Below are positions 21,491-29,934 of a DNA stretch of 64,000 nt, in pieces. The DNA is from an uncultured Candidatus Saccharibacteria bacterium (lineage in GTDB: Bacteria; Patescibacteriota; Minisyncoccia; Phycocordibacterales; CAIZLB01), in assembly GCA_964520545.1 (NCBI GenBank), contig CAZFOD010000003.1, positions 20,728 to 84,727 of the forward strand, written 5' to 3'. The stretch's first letter is position 1; every line of letters begins with the position of its first letter. A program made the position numbers and the translations under genes. Below the pieces are notes generated by a model. It was not told the origin of the DNA. It ran no database searches and saw only the letters and a list, made by a program, of their open reading frames with translations.

Positions 21491-23056
21491 ATGCATTCGC
21501 ATCTTCTCGCATTCAATATTGGATTTACTATCTCAATACTTCTTCCTGCTACACTGGGTATCATTGCTTTGTTTAGAGGGTGGAAAAAGCCTGTAAACAT
21601 TGTATATTTTCTTAATAACGTATTTTTCTGTATATTCGCCTTTGCTTATGTAATGGGAGTAAATGAACATAATGCCCTTCTGTCTACAAAGTACATTTAT
21701 TTCACTTTAATAAATTTGTTTACGGTTTGTCTCACTGCACACCTTGCGGTAATTACTTTCGATCAGTGGAAAAAACATAAAAAATATGTTCTTGGTGCCT
21801 ATGCAGTAGCTTTCGTTCTTTTTATTTTCTTTCTCAGTGACATGTCGAGATATGTGATCACATCACGACCGCTTCTTTATTTCCCAAATTTCTATAACCT
21901 GGGTGAATATTACTGGGTTTTCGCAGTATTTTTCTTTTCTGTTGCAGGTTACTTCTTCTATTTCCTCACACATCTTTACCAGACTACTTCTGACACTCAG
22001 ACTAAGATTCGTATTAAATACTTTGCATTGTCATTTGGGTGGGGATACGGCATAGGTTCGTTACCTTTCCTAACCCTTTTTGGAAGCTCTTTTGACCCAA
22101 TGTACGGATCAATTCTTGGTTTATATGTAGTTCCTCTTGGCTATGCAGCTCTTAAATATGACCTCATTGAACTAGGTGTTATTGCAAAGAATGCAACAAT
22201 ATATGCCGTCTCTACTGCATTAGTGGGGCTTCTCATCATTGCTGTTAACGTAAGTAACAACTTTTTTGTTAACTCATACCCTGGATATCCATTTTGGCTC
22301 ATGCCGCTAGTCTCTGGAATCATTGTCGTCGCCGTCTGTTTCTATATCTGGCGGCACATACGTGAAGTTGATATTTTGAAATATGAATTCATAAACAATG
22401 TAAGTCATAAGTTCCGGACACCTTTGACCCATATCCGTTGGCTAGCAGAGGAGCTAAGAACAGAGTCTGATCCGGTAAAGCGAAATGCTGAGGTTGAGCA
22501 GATGCAACATGCCAGCATGCGATTATTTGAACTAACAAATATCGTTATCGACATCGCACGTGATGACAATGACTCATATCAATACCAGTTTAATAATACA
22601 AAGCTTGAGGATATCCTTACCGACATGAAAAGTGGCCACGAGGAACAGATATCTCATAAACAGCAGAATGTCATTCTTGATATTGAACCTGGGTTACCTG
22701 CAATACGGGCAGACAAGACGCGTATGCAGTTCGCTATTCAAATTCTGTTTGAGAATGCCCTCATCTACACCCCAGTAGGTGGAACAATTACGATTACGAT
22801 AAGGAGGGTGGATAATGATGTTGTCGTTACATTCAAGGATACGGGAATTGGTATTGCGCAGGAGGAGATTCCTCACCTGTTTGCCAAATTCTATCGCACC
22901 GCTAATGCGAGACACGCTGATACAGAAGGAATGGGAATTGGTCTCTTTATGACCAAAAATATCATTGAAAAGCACGGAGGAAAGATTGCTGTTGAGTCAG
23001 ACGGAGAGGGAAAGGGATCTACATTCAGTTTCTCGTTGCCTGTAAAGAGCCGTTAG
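21491..23056 (+). CDS. Sensor histidine kinase with multi-TM (7TM-type) sensor domain
   Basis: ~7 TM helices; H-box FINNVSHKFRTPLTHIRW; HATPase_c G-boxes DTGIGI / GMGIGLFMTK. Confidence 0.8.
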   Translation: MHSHLLAFNIGFTISILLPATLGIIALFRGWKKPVNIVYFLNNVFFCIFAFAYVMGVNEHNALLSTKYIYFTLINLFTVCLTAHLAVITFDQWKKHKKYVLGAYAVAFVLFIFFLSDMSRYVITSRPLLYFPNFYNLGEYYWVFAVFFFSVAGYFFYFLTHLYQTTSDTQTKIRIKYFALSFGWGYGIGSLPFLTLFGSSFDPMYGSILGLYVVPLGYAALKYDLIELGVIAKNATIYAVSTALVGLLIIAVNVSNNFFVNSYPGYPFWLMPLVSGIIVVAVCFYIWRHIREVDILKYEFINNVSHKFRTPLTHIRWLAEELRTESDPVKRNAEVEQMQHASMRLFELTNIVIDIARDDNDSYQYQFNNTKLEDILTDMKSGHEEQISHKQQNVILDIEPGLPAIRADKTRMQFAIQILFENALIYTPVGGTITITIRRVDNDVVVTFKDTGIGIAQEEIPHLFAKFYRTANARHADTEGMGIGLFMTKNIIEKHGGKIAVESDGEGKGSTFSFSLPVKSR

Positions 23057-23095
23057 TCTACAATGTACGAACCTATTAATTAATTTGAAACCAGC

Positions 23096-23329
23096 ATGGC
23101 ACTTTTCCAGAACTTTTTAATGAAACAAATGCTTAAGCGTCAGATGAAAGGCGTTCCCGAAGAAGAGCAAGAAAAGATTTTTGCGATGATAGAGAAAAAC
23201 CCTGATTTCTTTCAGAACATTGCTACAGAGATCCAAGAAAAAATGAAAAATGGTAAGGGTCAGCAAGAAGCATCGATGGAAGTAATGATGGCAAATCAGG
23301 AAAAGATGCGAGAACTTTTGGGGAAGTAA
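23096..23329 (+). CDS. Hypothetical small charged protein
   Basis: 77-aa ORF, Lys/Glu/Met-rich. Confidence 0.35.
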   Translation: MALFQNFLMKQMLKRQMKGVPEEEQEKIFAMIEKNPDFFQNIATEIQEKMKNGKGQQEASMEVMMANQEKMRELLGK

Positions 23330-23336
23330 AGACAAT

Positions 23337-24026
23337 ATGAAAACATCGGTATTGATCATTGCGCATAACGAAGAAAGACACATTGAAAAATGCATCAGAT
23401 CACTGCTTAAGCAAACCTCATCACCCGATGAGGTCTTGCTTCTTGCACATAACTGTACTGATGAGACTATCTCAATTGCTAAAAGATTTCCCATTTCAGT
23501 CATTCCATATGACGGACCTCGGGGTATTACACATGCGAGAATAGAAGGACTTAAACATGTTTCTGGGGATATAATTCTCTGCATAGATGGTGATTCTTTC
23601 GCAAAAGAAAATTGGATTGAGGTAATGGTTAAGACACTAAAACAAGGAAATATCCTTGTTGGCTCTTGGGTTAAATATTCAGGAACAATATTGGGCAAAA
23701 TTCTAACACAGAGGCACAAGAATATTTTGAAAGGAAGCACTGCTCGTTCGAGAGTGTGGGGTCCAAGCTTTGCATTCTGGGGGAGCGACAAAGAAAAAAT
23801 CATTCAATACTTTAATGAGGCAATTGAACTACGCAAAAAATTAAATCTTACTCGCGCTATGGATGACTACTATCTTGCGCTCAATATGGAAAAGACCGGA
23901 AAGATTGCTTTCACTAATGAGACATATGTTACTCAGTCTACAAAAGAAAAAACTTCATATAGTGTCCTTACGCGTCACCAAGAGAATTCTCGAAACGTAC
24001 GCTTACTTGATGCAGGTCTCATGTAG
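23337..24026 (+). CDS. Family 2 glycosyltransferase
   Basis: SVLIIAHNEERHI...; CIDGDS (DxD-like). Confidence 0.7.
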   Translation: MKTSVLIIAHNEERHIEKCIRSLLKQTSSPDEVLLLAHNCTDETISIAKRFPISVIPYDGPRGITHARIEGLKHVSGDIILCIDGDSFAKENWIEVMVKTLKQGNILVGSWVKYSGTILGKILTQRHKNILKGSTARSRVWGPSFAFWGSDKEKIIQYFNEAIELRKKLNLTRAMDDYYLALNMEKTGKIAFTNETYVTQSTKEKTSYSVLTRHQENSRNVRLLDAGLM

Positions 24027-24288
24027 GTATTGCCTCCGTTTTAATTTCGTGGCATTGTTGTCTTAAATCATCCAATCTGTTGAGACGCGGGGCGTCCCGA
24101 CGGATGCCGCGCTCTTTGACGCAATAGAATCACCCCGATGAACACAAAGAGTCCAAGTATCACGCTCTGGATCACATTCATGTCTTTGTGGTTTGTTGGC
24201 ATGGTCACCTACGTCACGTTGCGCTCCTGTAGGCGCGTTGCGGTGTGGCTCCATATCATCAAACCGGAATCGATCCATCGTTAGTTTC

Positions 24289-24332
24289 AAGCAGCCCCTC
24301 CGGGAAGACCGGGCGGGCTGTTTTGTATTTTT
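24289..24332 (+). repeat. Terminator-containing direct repeat, copy 1
   Basis: AAGCAGCCCCTCCGGGAAGACCGGGCGGGCTGTTTTGTATTTTT; near-identical copy at 26992-27034 (one C fewer). Confidence 0.8.
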
Positions 24333-24423
24333 AAACTCCTCTTTGGAAAAGTATGAAGAAACAAATAATCGCCGATGGAGGAATTCCTCCATCGGCGATG
24401 TTCTATTTTATCGAGTTTGTGAT

Positions 24424-25356
24424 TTACCCGATGACTCCGGCCCGCTGAAGCGTCCGCCGAGTGATGCGGAGATGATCGCGCGGGGCGAATGTATGGAGAA
24501 GTCCATCTCCCAATGCCGGGATCTGAGCTCGAACTTTCGCTCCGAAGGGTTCGGTGACCACTTCACCATCGTAACCGACTTCGTCCAAGGCACTAGCGAC
24601 GTTTATCCAGTCGGTGCGATCGGTCACCCCAGGTTCTCCGAACATGGGTTTAGCCCCCGCCGGGAGGCGCCTATTACCGTGGGCGTGCAGGTACCCCAAG
24701 ATGTCGCCACCCTTTCGGATCTCATGAGCCGGATCGCGTCCGTAGCTCTGCATGTGGAACGTATCCGCATGCCACAGGACTGTGCGGTTGCCTACCGCGT
24801 TACTGATTGCCCGTACATCTTCGACACTGCTTATCGCGCCGATACTTTCGCCGGGGCGCAAGTATTCGAGCACCACCGTCAGACCTTCACCGTTGAGCTC
24901 GGATTTGAGTTCGCGATAGAAATTGGCGGCGAAGTCGGTAATACCGCCCGGGAACTGAGCTCTGTAGTCGAAATCGACGCAGAAGCACGACGGTCCAGCG
25001 ATTTTTGCCACCTTGATTCCGTTCTTTCGCAGCTCAAGGAGGAAATGGATACCGGCGCGGAAAGAATCAAGGGAAAGCCTGTTCCTCCCGTTGTCATAGA
25101 TCGGGTTTCCCATGCACTGGTTTCCGGGGAAGAAGATGGTGCCGATAGCGGTATCGATACCTCCTCGTTTCATCGCCTCGGCAGTTTCGGCCGGGGTGAG
25201 GTTGTTGAGCGGAGCTCCGGCCCCGATGTCGAGGACGGTGCAACCGTTGTTGTATGCGGTCGTTGTGAAGCGGGTCAGCAGATTCTGCTGGCCTGCATTG
25301 AGGATGCCGGGGCCTGCCAGTTGATGGATGCCGAACGGACGGATATATTTACTCAT
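24424..25356 (-). CDS. Xylose isomerase-like TIM-barrel protein (sugar phosphate isomerase/epimerase family)
   Basis: Family-typical metal-ligand stretches ...VVLEYL... and WHADTFHMQ; GC-rich. Confidence 0.55.
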   Translation of the reverse strand: MSKYIRPFGIHQLAGPGILNAGQQNLLTRFTTTAYNNGCTVLDIGAGAPLNNLTPAETAEAMKRGGIDTAIGTIFFPGNQCMGNPIYDNGRNRLSLDSFRAGIHFLLELRKNGIKVAKIAGPSCFCVDFDYRAQFPGGITDFAANFYRELKSELNGEGLTVVLEYLRPGESIGAISSVEDVRAISNAVGNRTVLWHADTFHMQSYGRDPAHEIRKGGDILGYLHAHGNRRLPAGAKPMFGEPGVTDRTDWINVASALDEVGYDGEVVTEPFGAKVRAQIPALGDGLLHTFAPRDHLRITRRTLQRAGVIG

Positions 25357-25659
25357 GGTTTCTCCTTTTGTGGATTGTTTTTGATGTGATGTGCTTTCCT
25401 TCCTCCGAATTTCTTCAGTGGTAACCCGGGTGAAGTAGACACTTTTTTACAATATTTGTCAAAGAATACAGTACTAGCATCCTTGACTTCCATAACGACT
25501 ATCGTGTAAGTTTCTTCCAGATATAACAGTTCATCGAAAACCTGCTATCTGGATTCTACCCCTCAGACGGGAAATCTTGTCTTGCTTGTGTTGCCGGCTA
25601 TTATGCTTGGCCTCGTAAGATCAATTCGATATGTCCAAAAACCTCAATCCTGAAATCCT

Positions 25660-26859
25660 ATGAAATCCAAACCTGAACAACCCTCAATCGCGTTCTTCGC
25701 GGCTCAACTCAACGCGCTCCTCGTCGGCCCCGGTAATCGGTTTGCCACGTTCGACGACCTGTGCAAGTTCGCCGCGCAAGAGTGCGGCATCACCGGCGTT
25801 AGTATGCCGAGCGGCATGCTCAATGTGCGCCGCATGATCAACGACGATAGTCATCGGGCTGAGGTTGTCGCGCACTATGCCGGCCTCGGAACCCCCATCA
25901 TTGGCATCGAGACTCACATCGTCGGACAGCGTGTCTGCATGCATCCTGCTGTCGTGCCTCGTTTCGTCGGTTTTGCTCCGAAGTGGATGCAACACTGTGG
26001 CGTCGCAGATCTCGAAGCCCAAGCTCGCGATGAAATGCTCGAAGCTATCGAGCTCGGTCGCTTACTCGGGATCCGCCGCCATCAGACGTTCCCCGGCGGG
26101 CGCAGCGTACCCGTTGCCACCGATCCGTGGAATGCACACCCTCCGTTGCTCCGAGAGAAGGCTTTAGCTCTCCTGGCTGTGAAGTGGGAACCCATCCTCA
26201 AGGCTGCGGGTCGGGGAGGAGTTCGCGTCGGTTTTGAGATTCGTCACATCATGGAGGACCTCTTTTCCTGGCGTGATCTCCGGGATTTGCGCAATAAGTA
26301 TCTGCTGGACGTTGTTGCCAGGAACGCTTTCGCCTGGGGCGTGGACGTGTCTCATCATGAGATCGACGGCGACGACCCGACTGAAGACGTGCTCGAATGT
26401 ATCAAACTGGGTCTTGCGGAGCCTGGCCATGCAAAGCAGGGCGACTTCAATTCGAAGAAGCCGGGTGCTTGTCGCCGGCCTGCGAACATGGCCTGGGCTG
26501 ATCGCGCAGGACAATTCCGGACCTTCGGTACAGTGCACCCCGATCATAGTCGGCTCTTCGCGGATGTAGTGCTCAAAGCCCATGAGCGGAGCGCGCACGG
26601 AGAGTTCGCCGTCATTGAAGGCGAGTGCATGGCAATCCGTAATCCCGAGCAAGGCCTGCGTGTGGCTGCGGAAAATCTCCGCTTGGTGTTTGCTGGTAAA
26701 GAGCCCGTTTCTCTCCAGGAAATCACCCTTGAGCCATGGGACGGCCCGGCGTTCGACAAGTTTGCCGATAGCGGCTACACCGCTGAAGCCGTTATGGCGC
26801 TGAGTGGAAATGACGCCAAAGAGGTGAATCGTCGGCTCGAACACGCCGGCGACATCTGA
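25660..26859 (+). CDS. Xylose isomerase-like TIM-barrel family protein (divergent)
   Basis: GFEIRH and VDVSHHE metal-ligand-like motifs; divergent from 24424..25356 with AT-richer intergenic promoter region. Confidence 0.4.
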   Translation: MKSKPEQPSIAFFAAQLNALLVGPGNRFATFDDLCKFAAQECGITGVSMPSGMLNVRRMINDDSHRAEVVAHYAGLGTPIIGIETHIVGQRVCMHPAVVPRFVGFAPKWMQHCGVADLEAQARDEMLEAIELGRLLGIRRHQTFPGGRSVPVATDPWNAHPPLLREKALALLAVKWEPILKAAGRGGVRVGFEIRHIMEDLFSWRDLRDLRNKYLLDVVARNAFAWGVDVSHHEIDGDDPTEDVLECIKLGLAEPGHAKQGDFNSKKPGACRRPANMAWADRAGQFRTFGTVHPDHSRLFADVVLKAHERSAHGEFAVIEGECMAIRNPEQGLRVAAENLRLVFAGKEPVSLQEITLEPWDGPAFDKFADSGYTAEAVMALSGNDAKEVNRRLEHAGDI

Positions 26860-26991
26860 GGCCTGAGAAAGCCAAGAAACCAGAAAGGTTGAAAAGCAAT
26901 TTCCCGTTGGATGGCAGTCCATCCAGCGGGGAATTTTTTTATACTTGTCCATTTTCCTAAAAATGAACACCAAAGGTTCAAAGACTGTTTT

Positions 26992-27034
26992 AAGCAGCCC
27001 TCCGGGAAGACCGGGCGGGCTGTTTTGTATTTTT
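26992..27034 (+). repeat. Terminator-containing direct repeat, copy 2
   Basis: AAGCAGCCCTCCGGGAAGACCGGGCGGGCTGTTTTGTATTTTT. Confidence 0.8.
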
Positions 27035-27066
27035 CAAAGTGTTAGATTGTGTGTTACTATCGCATG

Positions 27067-28164
27067 ATGAAACTATCTTTAGGTATCGTTGGTCTTCCAA
27101 ACGTGGGTAAATCCACGCTTTTTAATGCACTTACAAAGAAATCTGTACCTGCTGAAAACTATCCATTCTGCACCATCGATCCTTCGGTTGGTGTTGTTGC
27201 TGTTCCTGATGAAAGACTCCATAAACTTGCTGATTTTTCAAAGACACTAAAGACAATCCCTGCCGCCATTGAGTTCGTGGATATTGCAGGTCTTGTAAAA
27301 GGAGCATCAGAAGGTGAAGGACTTGGAAACCAATTCCTGTCACATATTCGTGAAGTAGATGCAATCACTGAAGTTGTTCGTATTTTCGAGGATTCAAATG
27401 TCATTCACGTAGATGGAAAGATTAACCCTGTAAATGATATTGGGGTTATTAATCTCGAATTGGTATTAGCAGATGCGCAGACTGTGACAAAGCGACTTGG
27501 CTCTGTTGAAAAAGACGCAAAGCGAGGAGACAAGCTTGCTGTAAAGGAAAAAGCTGCGCTTGAAAAGATCCGTGTAATTCTTGATGAGGGAAAGCTTGCT
27601 CAGCAGGCAGATCTTACAGATGACGACAAGGAGGCAATTAAAAACCTTCAGCTCCTTACCATGAAGCCAATCATGTATGTGCTCAACAAAAAAGCTGGAG
27701 GAACGAATTTGGATGAATTAAATGATGAGCGATATCAGGAATTGATGAAGTTTTTTGTAGATAACAACTTCAAGTGGACAATCGTAGATGCAGGAGTAGA
27801 GCACGAGCTTAAAGACCTAGAAGGAGATGAGAAAGAAATGTTCCGAAAGGAACTGGGTGCTAAGGATGATGGGATTGATAGTCTCATTCGAGCAGGCTTT
27901 GATCTTCTAAACCTTCAGATGTATTTCACCACTGGAGTACAAGAAACACGTGCATGGACGATTCATAAGGGTTGGAATGCTCCAATGGCAGGAACAGCTA
28001 TTCATAATGACTTTAAAGACAAGTTCATCAGAGCTGAAGTTATAAACTGGAAGACTCTAATTGAAGCAGGTTCATACGCAGCTGCTCGTGAAAAAGGATT
28101 AGTAAAAACGGAAGGGAAGGAATATGTCGTACAGGATGGGGATGTAATGGAGTTTAAGGTTTAA
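27067..28164 (+). CDS. ychF: Ribosome-binding ATPase YchF (Obg-like GTPase family)
   Basis: LSLGIVGLPNVGKSTLFNALT P-loop, DIAGLVKGASEGEGLGN G3, C-terminal TGS-like domain. Confidence 0.9.
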   Translation: MKLSLGIVGLPNVGKSTLFNALTKKSVPAENYPFCTIDPSVGVVAVPDERLHKLADFSKTLKTIPAAIEFVDIAGLVKGASEGEGLGNQFLSHIREVDAITEVVRIFEDSNVIHVDGKINPVNDIGVINLELVLADAQTVTKRLGSVEKDAKRGDKLAVKEKAALEKIRVILDEGKLAQQADLTDDDKEAIKNLQLLTMKPIMYVLNKKAGGTNLDELNDERYQELMKFFVDNNFKWTIVDAGVEHELKDLEGDEKEMFRKELGAKDDGIDSLIRAGFDLLNLQMYFTTGVQETRAWTIHKGWNAPMAGTAIHNDFKDKFIRAEVINWKTLIEAGSYAAAREKGLVKTEGKEYVVQDGDVMEFKV

Positions 28165-28257
28165 ACTATTGACACTACGCTATTTTAATGCTACTGTTTT
28201 GCTCGGTAGCTAATTTCAAATATCAACAACCTACAAATCCAAAAGGAGGATTCTCAC

Positions 28258-28587
28258 ATGCCAGAAATGTTTGCCAAAGGTGACAAAGTTCGCCTGAAGA
28301 AAAAAGATGCCGCTATCGGGCTATCGTCCGATGAGGTTCATACCATCGGTGCAGTTCAGGACCTCTTCCTGCCCAACGACTACTACGTCGACCCATGTTA
28401 CTGGGGCGATCCGAAGTGGAGCTGGGCACGTCGCAAGACTCGCCTTCAGGTCGCAGGTCATCCGCAGATTGTCTTTCTGGACGGCGTCTTGCGCCCAAAG
28501 ATGGACACCCCACCAATGAATGAAGACCCTGAAGGTCAGGGACGGTGCAGCTTCTCTGGAGCATATTTTGAAAAAGTGGCAGCTTAA
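28258..28587 (+). CDS. Hypothetical protein (GC-rich islet)
   Basis: 109-aa ORF with strong RBS AAGGAGG; GC-rich; followed by terminator 28597-28650. Confidence 0.4.
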   Translation: MPEMFAKGDKVRLKKKDAAIGLSSDEVHTIGAVQDLFLPNDYYVDPCYWGDPKWSWARRKTRLQVAGHPQIVFLDGVLRPKMDTPPMNEDPEGQGRCSFSGAYFEKVAA

Positions 28588-28596
28588 GCCGCTATA

Positions 28597-28650
28597 ACCC
28601 ATCGTCTCAACCCAGGAACCCCTGTCGTGAGATGGTGGGTTTTCTGTTTC
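28597..28650 (+). terminator. Intrinsic terminator (…GATGGTGGG + TTTTCTGTTT)
   Basis: ACCCATCGTCTCA...TGAGATGGTGGG hairpin then T-run; shares tail with 1834 and 9179 terminators. Confidence 0.5.
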
Positions 28651-28661
28651 CATAATAGTGA

Positions 28662-28690
28662 AAACCGGTTCCATTGTCTGGAACCGGTTG
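28662..28690. repeat. Perfect inverted repeat AACCGGTTCCA-ttgtc-TGGAACCGGTT
   Basis: 11-bp perfect arms; each arm contains the self-complementary 8-mer AACCGGTT; no T-run after. Confidence 0.6.
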
Positions 28691-28929
28691 AATCTGGGTC
28701 TCTGAGCCGAAGCTCTTGTAGGCGTTTCGTGTACGCCTCGTTATTCGGAAAATATCCTACACCCAGGAACGGAAATCTAGGTATATGGTATCAAATTAAA
28801 ATAGGCAATACCACTTAAAATGACATTTTGACGTGTGAGATGCAAAAGGTCGGTTACTTATATAATGTTGAAAAATAGCTTGTGGAGGTATATCATGGAT
28901 GGTGTTACAAGCTAATTTAAGCCCCTTTT

Positions 28930-29922
28930 ATGGACCCAATGACAAAACCAAAGACTACTGCCAAGGATTTCTTCCTTCACATTGGAGTGATCGCAGCCTT
29001 GTACGTATTTGCGACAAGCTTTCTCAGTTTCTTGTTTGATATTATTAACTTCGCATTTCCAGATCGACAGGCATATTACGCTGACCCATATGCTGGAAGT
29101 TTGCGGATAGCGCTTTCAACACTCATTGTTTCGTTTCCAATTCTCCTTCTTCTCTTGAAAACAATTTACAAGGATCTTTTTGCTAACCAAGCAAAGAGAG
29201 ATCTTACTCTTCGAAAGTGGCTCATATATCTCACTCTCTTCCTAACATCAGTAACAATTGCAATTGATTTGATATATGTAATCAATACCTTCCTTGGCGG
29301 AGAGATTACTACTCGTTTCGTTCTTAAGGCACTCTCAGTGCTTGTTGTAACTGGAGGAATCTTCTGGAGTACCCTTAATGACTTACGTGGCGTGTTCTTC
29401 GAGAAGCCAAAGGTGCGTATCGTTGCAATAACTACTACATCTCTTGTTGTTTTGGCAGCTGTTGTAGGAGGCTTTCTAATCATCGGCTCTCCAAGCTCTC
29501 TTCGAGATCTTAGAGACGATAACCAGCGACTCTCTGACCTTCAGAGTATTCAATATCAGGTTTTGAATAGCTATCAGACTAAGGGAAAGCTTCCTCTTTC
29601 ACTGTCTGAACTTAATGACTCTTTGAGCGGATATATGGTTCCAACTGATCCTGCAACAGATGCGTCATATGAGTACACAAAGGTAGCAACAACCTCAATT
29701 ACTTTTGAGCTTTGCGCTACATTTGAGAAGTCTACACAGGATCTTGAAGGTAAGGGGGAATACCCAGGAAAGGGCGGTGTTGCATATCCAAGCGATGTGT
29801 ATATTGATCCAATCTTTGGTGGTGCGAATTGGAAACATGATGCGGGACACGCATGCTTTGTTCGAACTATCGATCCTTTGAAGTACCCAATATATCCTAA
29901 GACACAGAATCTCGGAGCGTAG
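28930..29922 (+). CDS. Membrane protein, DUF5671-like (CPR-type)
   Basis: Four to five N-terminal TM helices followed by extracytoplasmic domain. Confidence 0.45.
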   Translation: MDPMTKPKTTAKDFFLHIGVIAALYVFATSFLSFLFDIINFAFPDRQAYYADPYAGSLRIALSTLIVSFPILLLLLKTIYKDLFANQAKRDLTLRKWLIYLTLFLTSVTIAIDLIYVINTFLGGEITTRFVLKALSVLVVTGGIFWSTLNDLRGVFFEKPKVRIVAITTTSLVVLAAVVGGFLIIGSPSSLRDLRDDNQRLSDLQSIQYQVLNSYQTKGKLPLSLSELNDSLSGYMVPTDPATDASYEYTKVATTSITFELCATFEKSTQDLEGKGEYPGKGGVAYPSDVYIDPIFGGANWKHDAGHACFVRTIDPLKYPIYPKTQNLGA

Positions 29923-29934
29923 TACGACAGCCTC

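Noticed and set aside
23096-23329. Small Met/Lys-rich ORF as SRP54 M-domain fragment
   Set aside because: Only compositional resemblance; too short and no GTPase context.
24193-25389. 398-aa plus-strand ORF, longer than the opposing minus-strand gene
   Set aside because: Arg/Ser/Gly-rich low-complexity translation typical of an antisense frame in GC-rich DNA. It also runs straight through the terminator hairpin at 24289-24332. The minus-strand ORF 24424-25356 has coherent TIM-barrel motifs.
28588-28929. SRP RNA / RNase P RNA / tmRNA in the long intergenic stretch
   Set aside because: Hallmark motifs (RNase P GGAAAGTCCGG, tmRNA tRNA-like ends, SRP domain IV) not found by eye; left as unassigned structured region.
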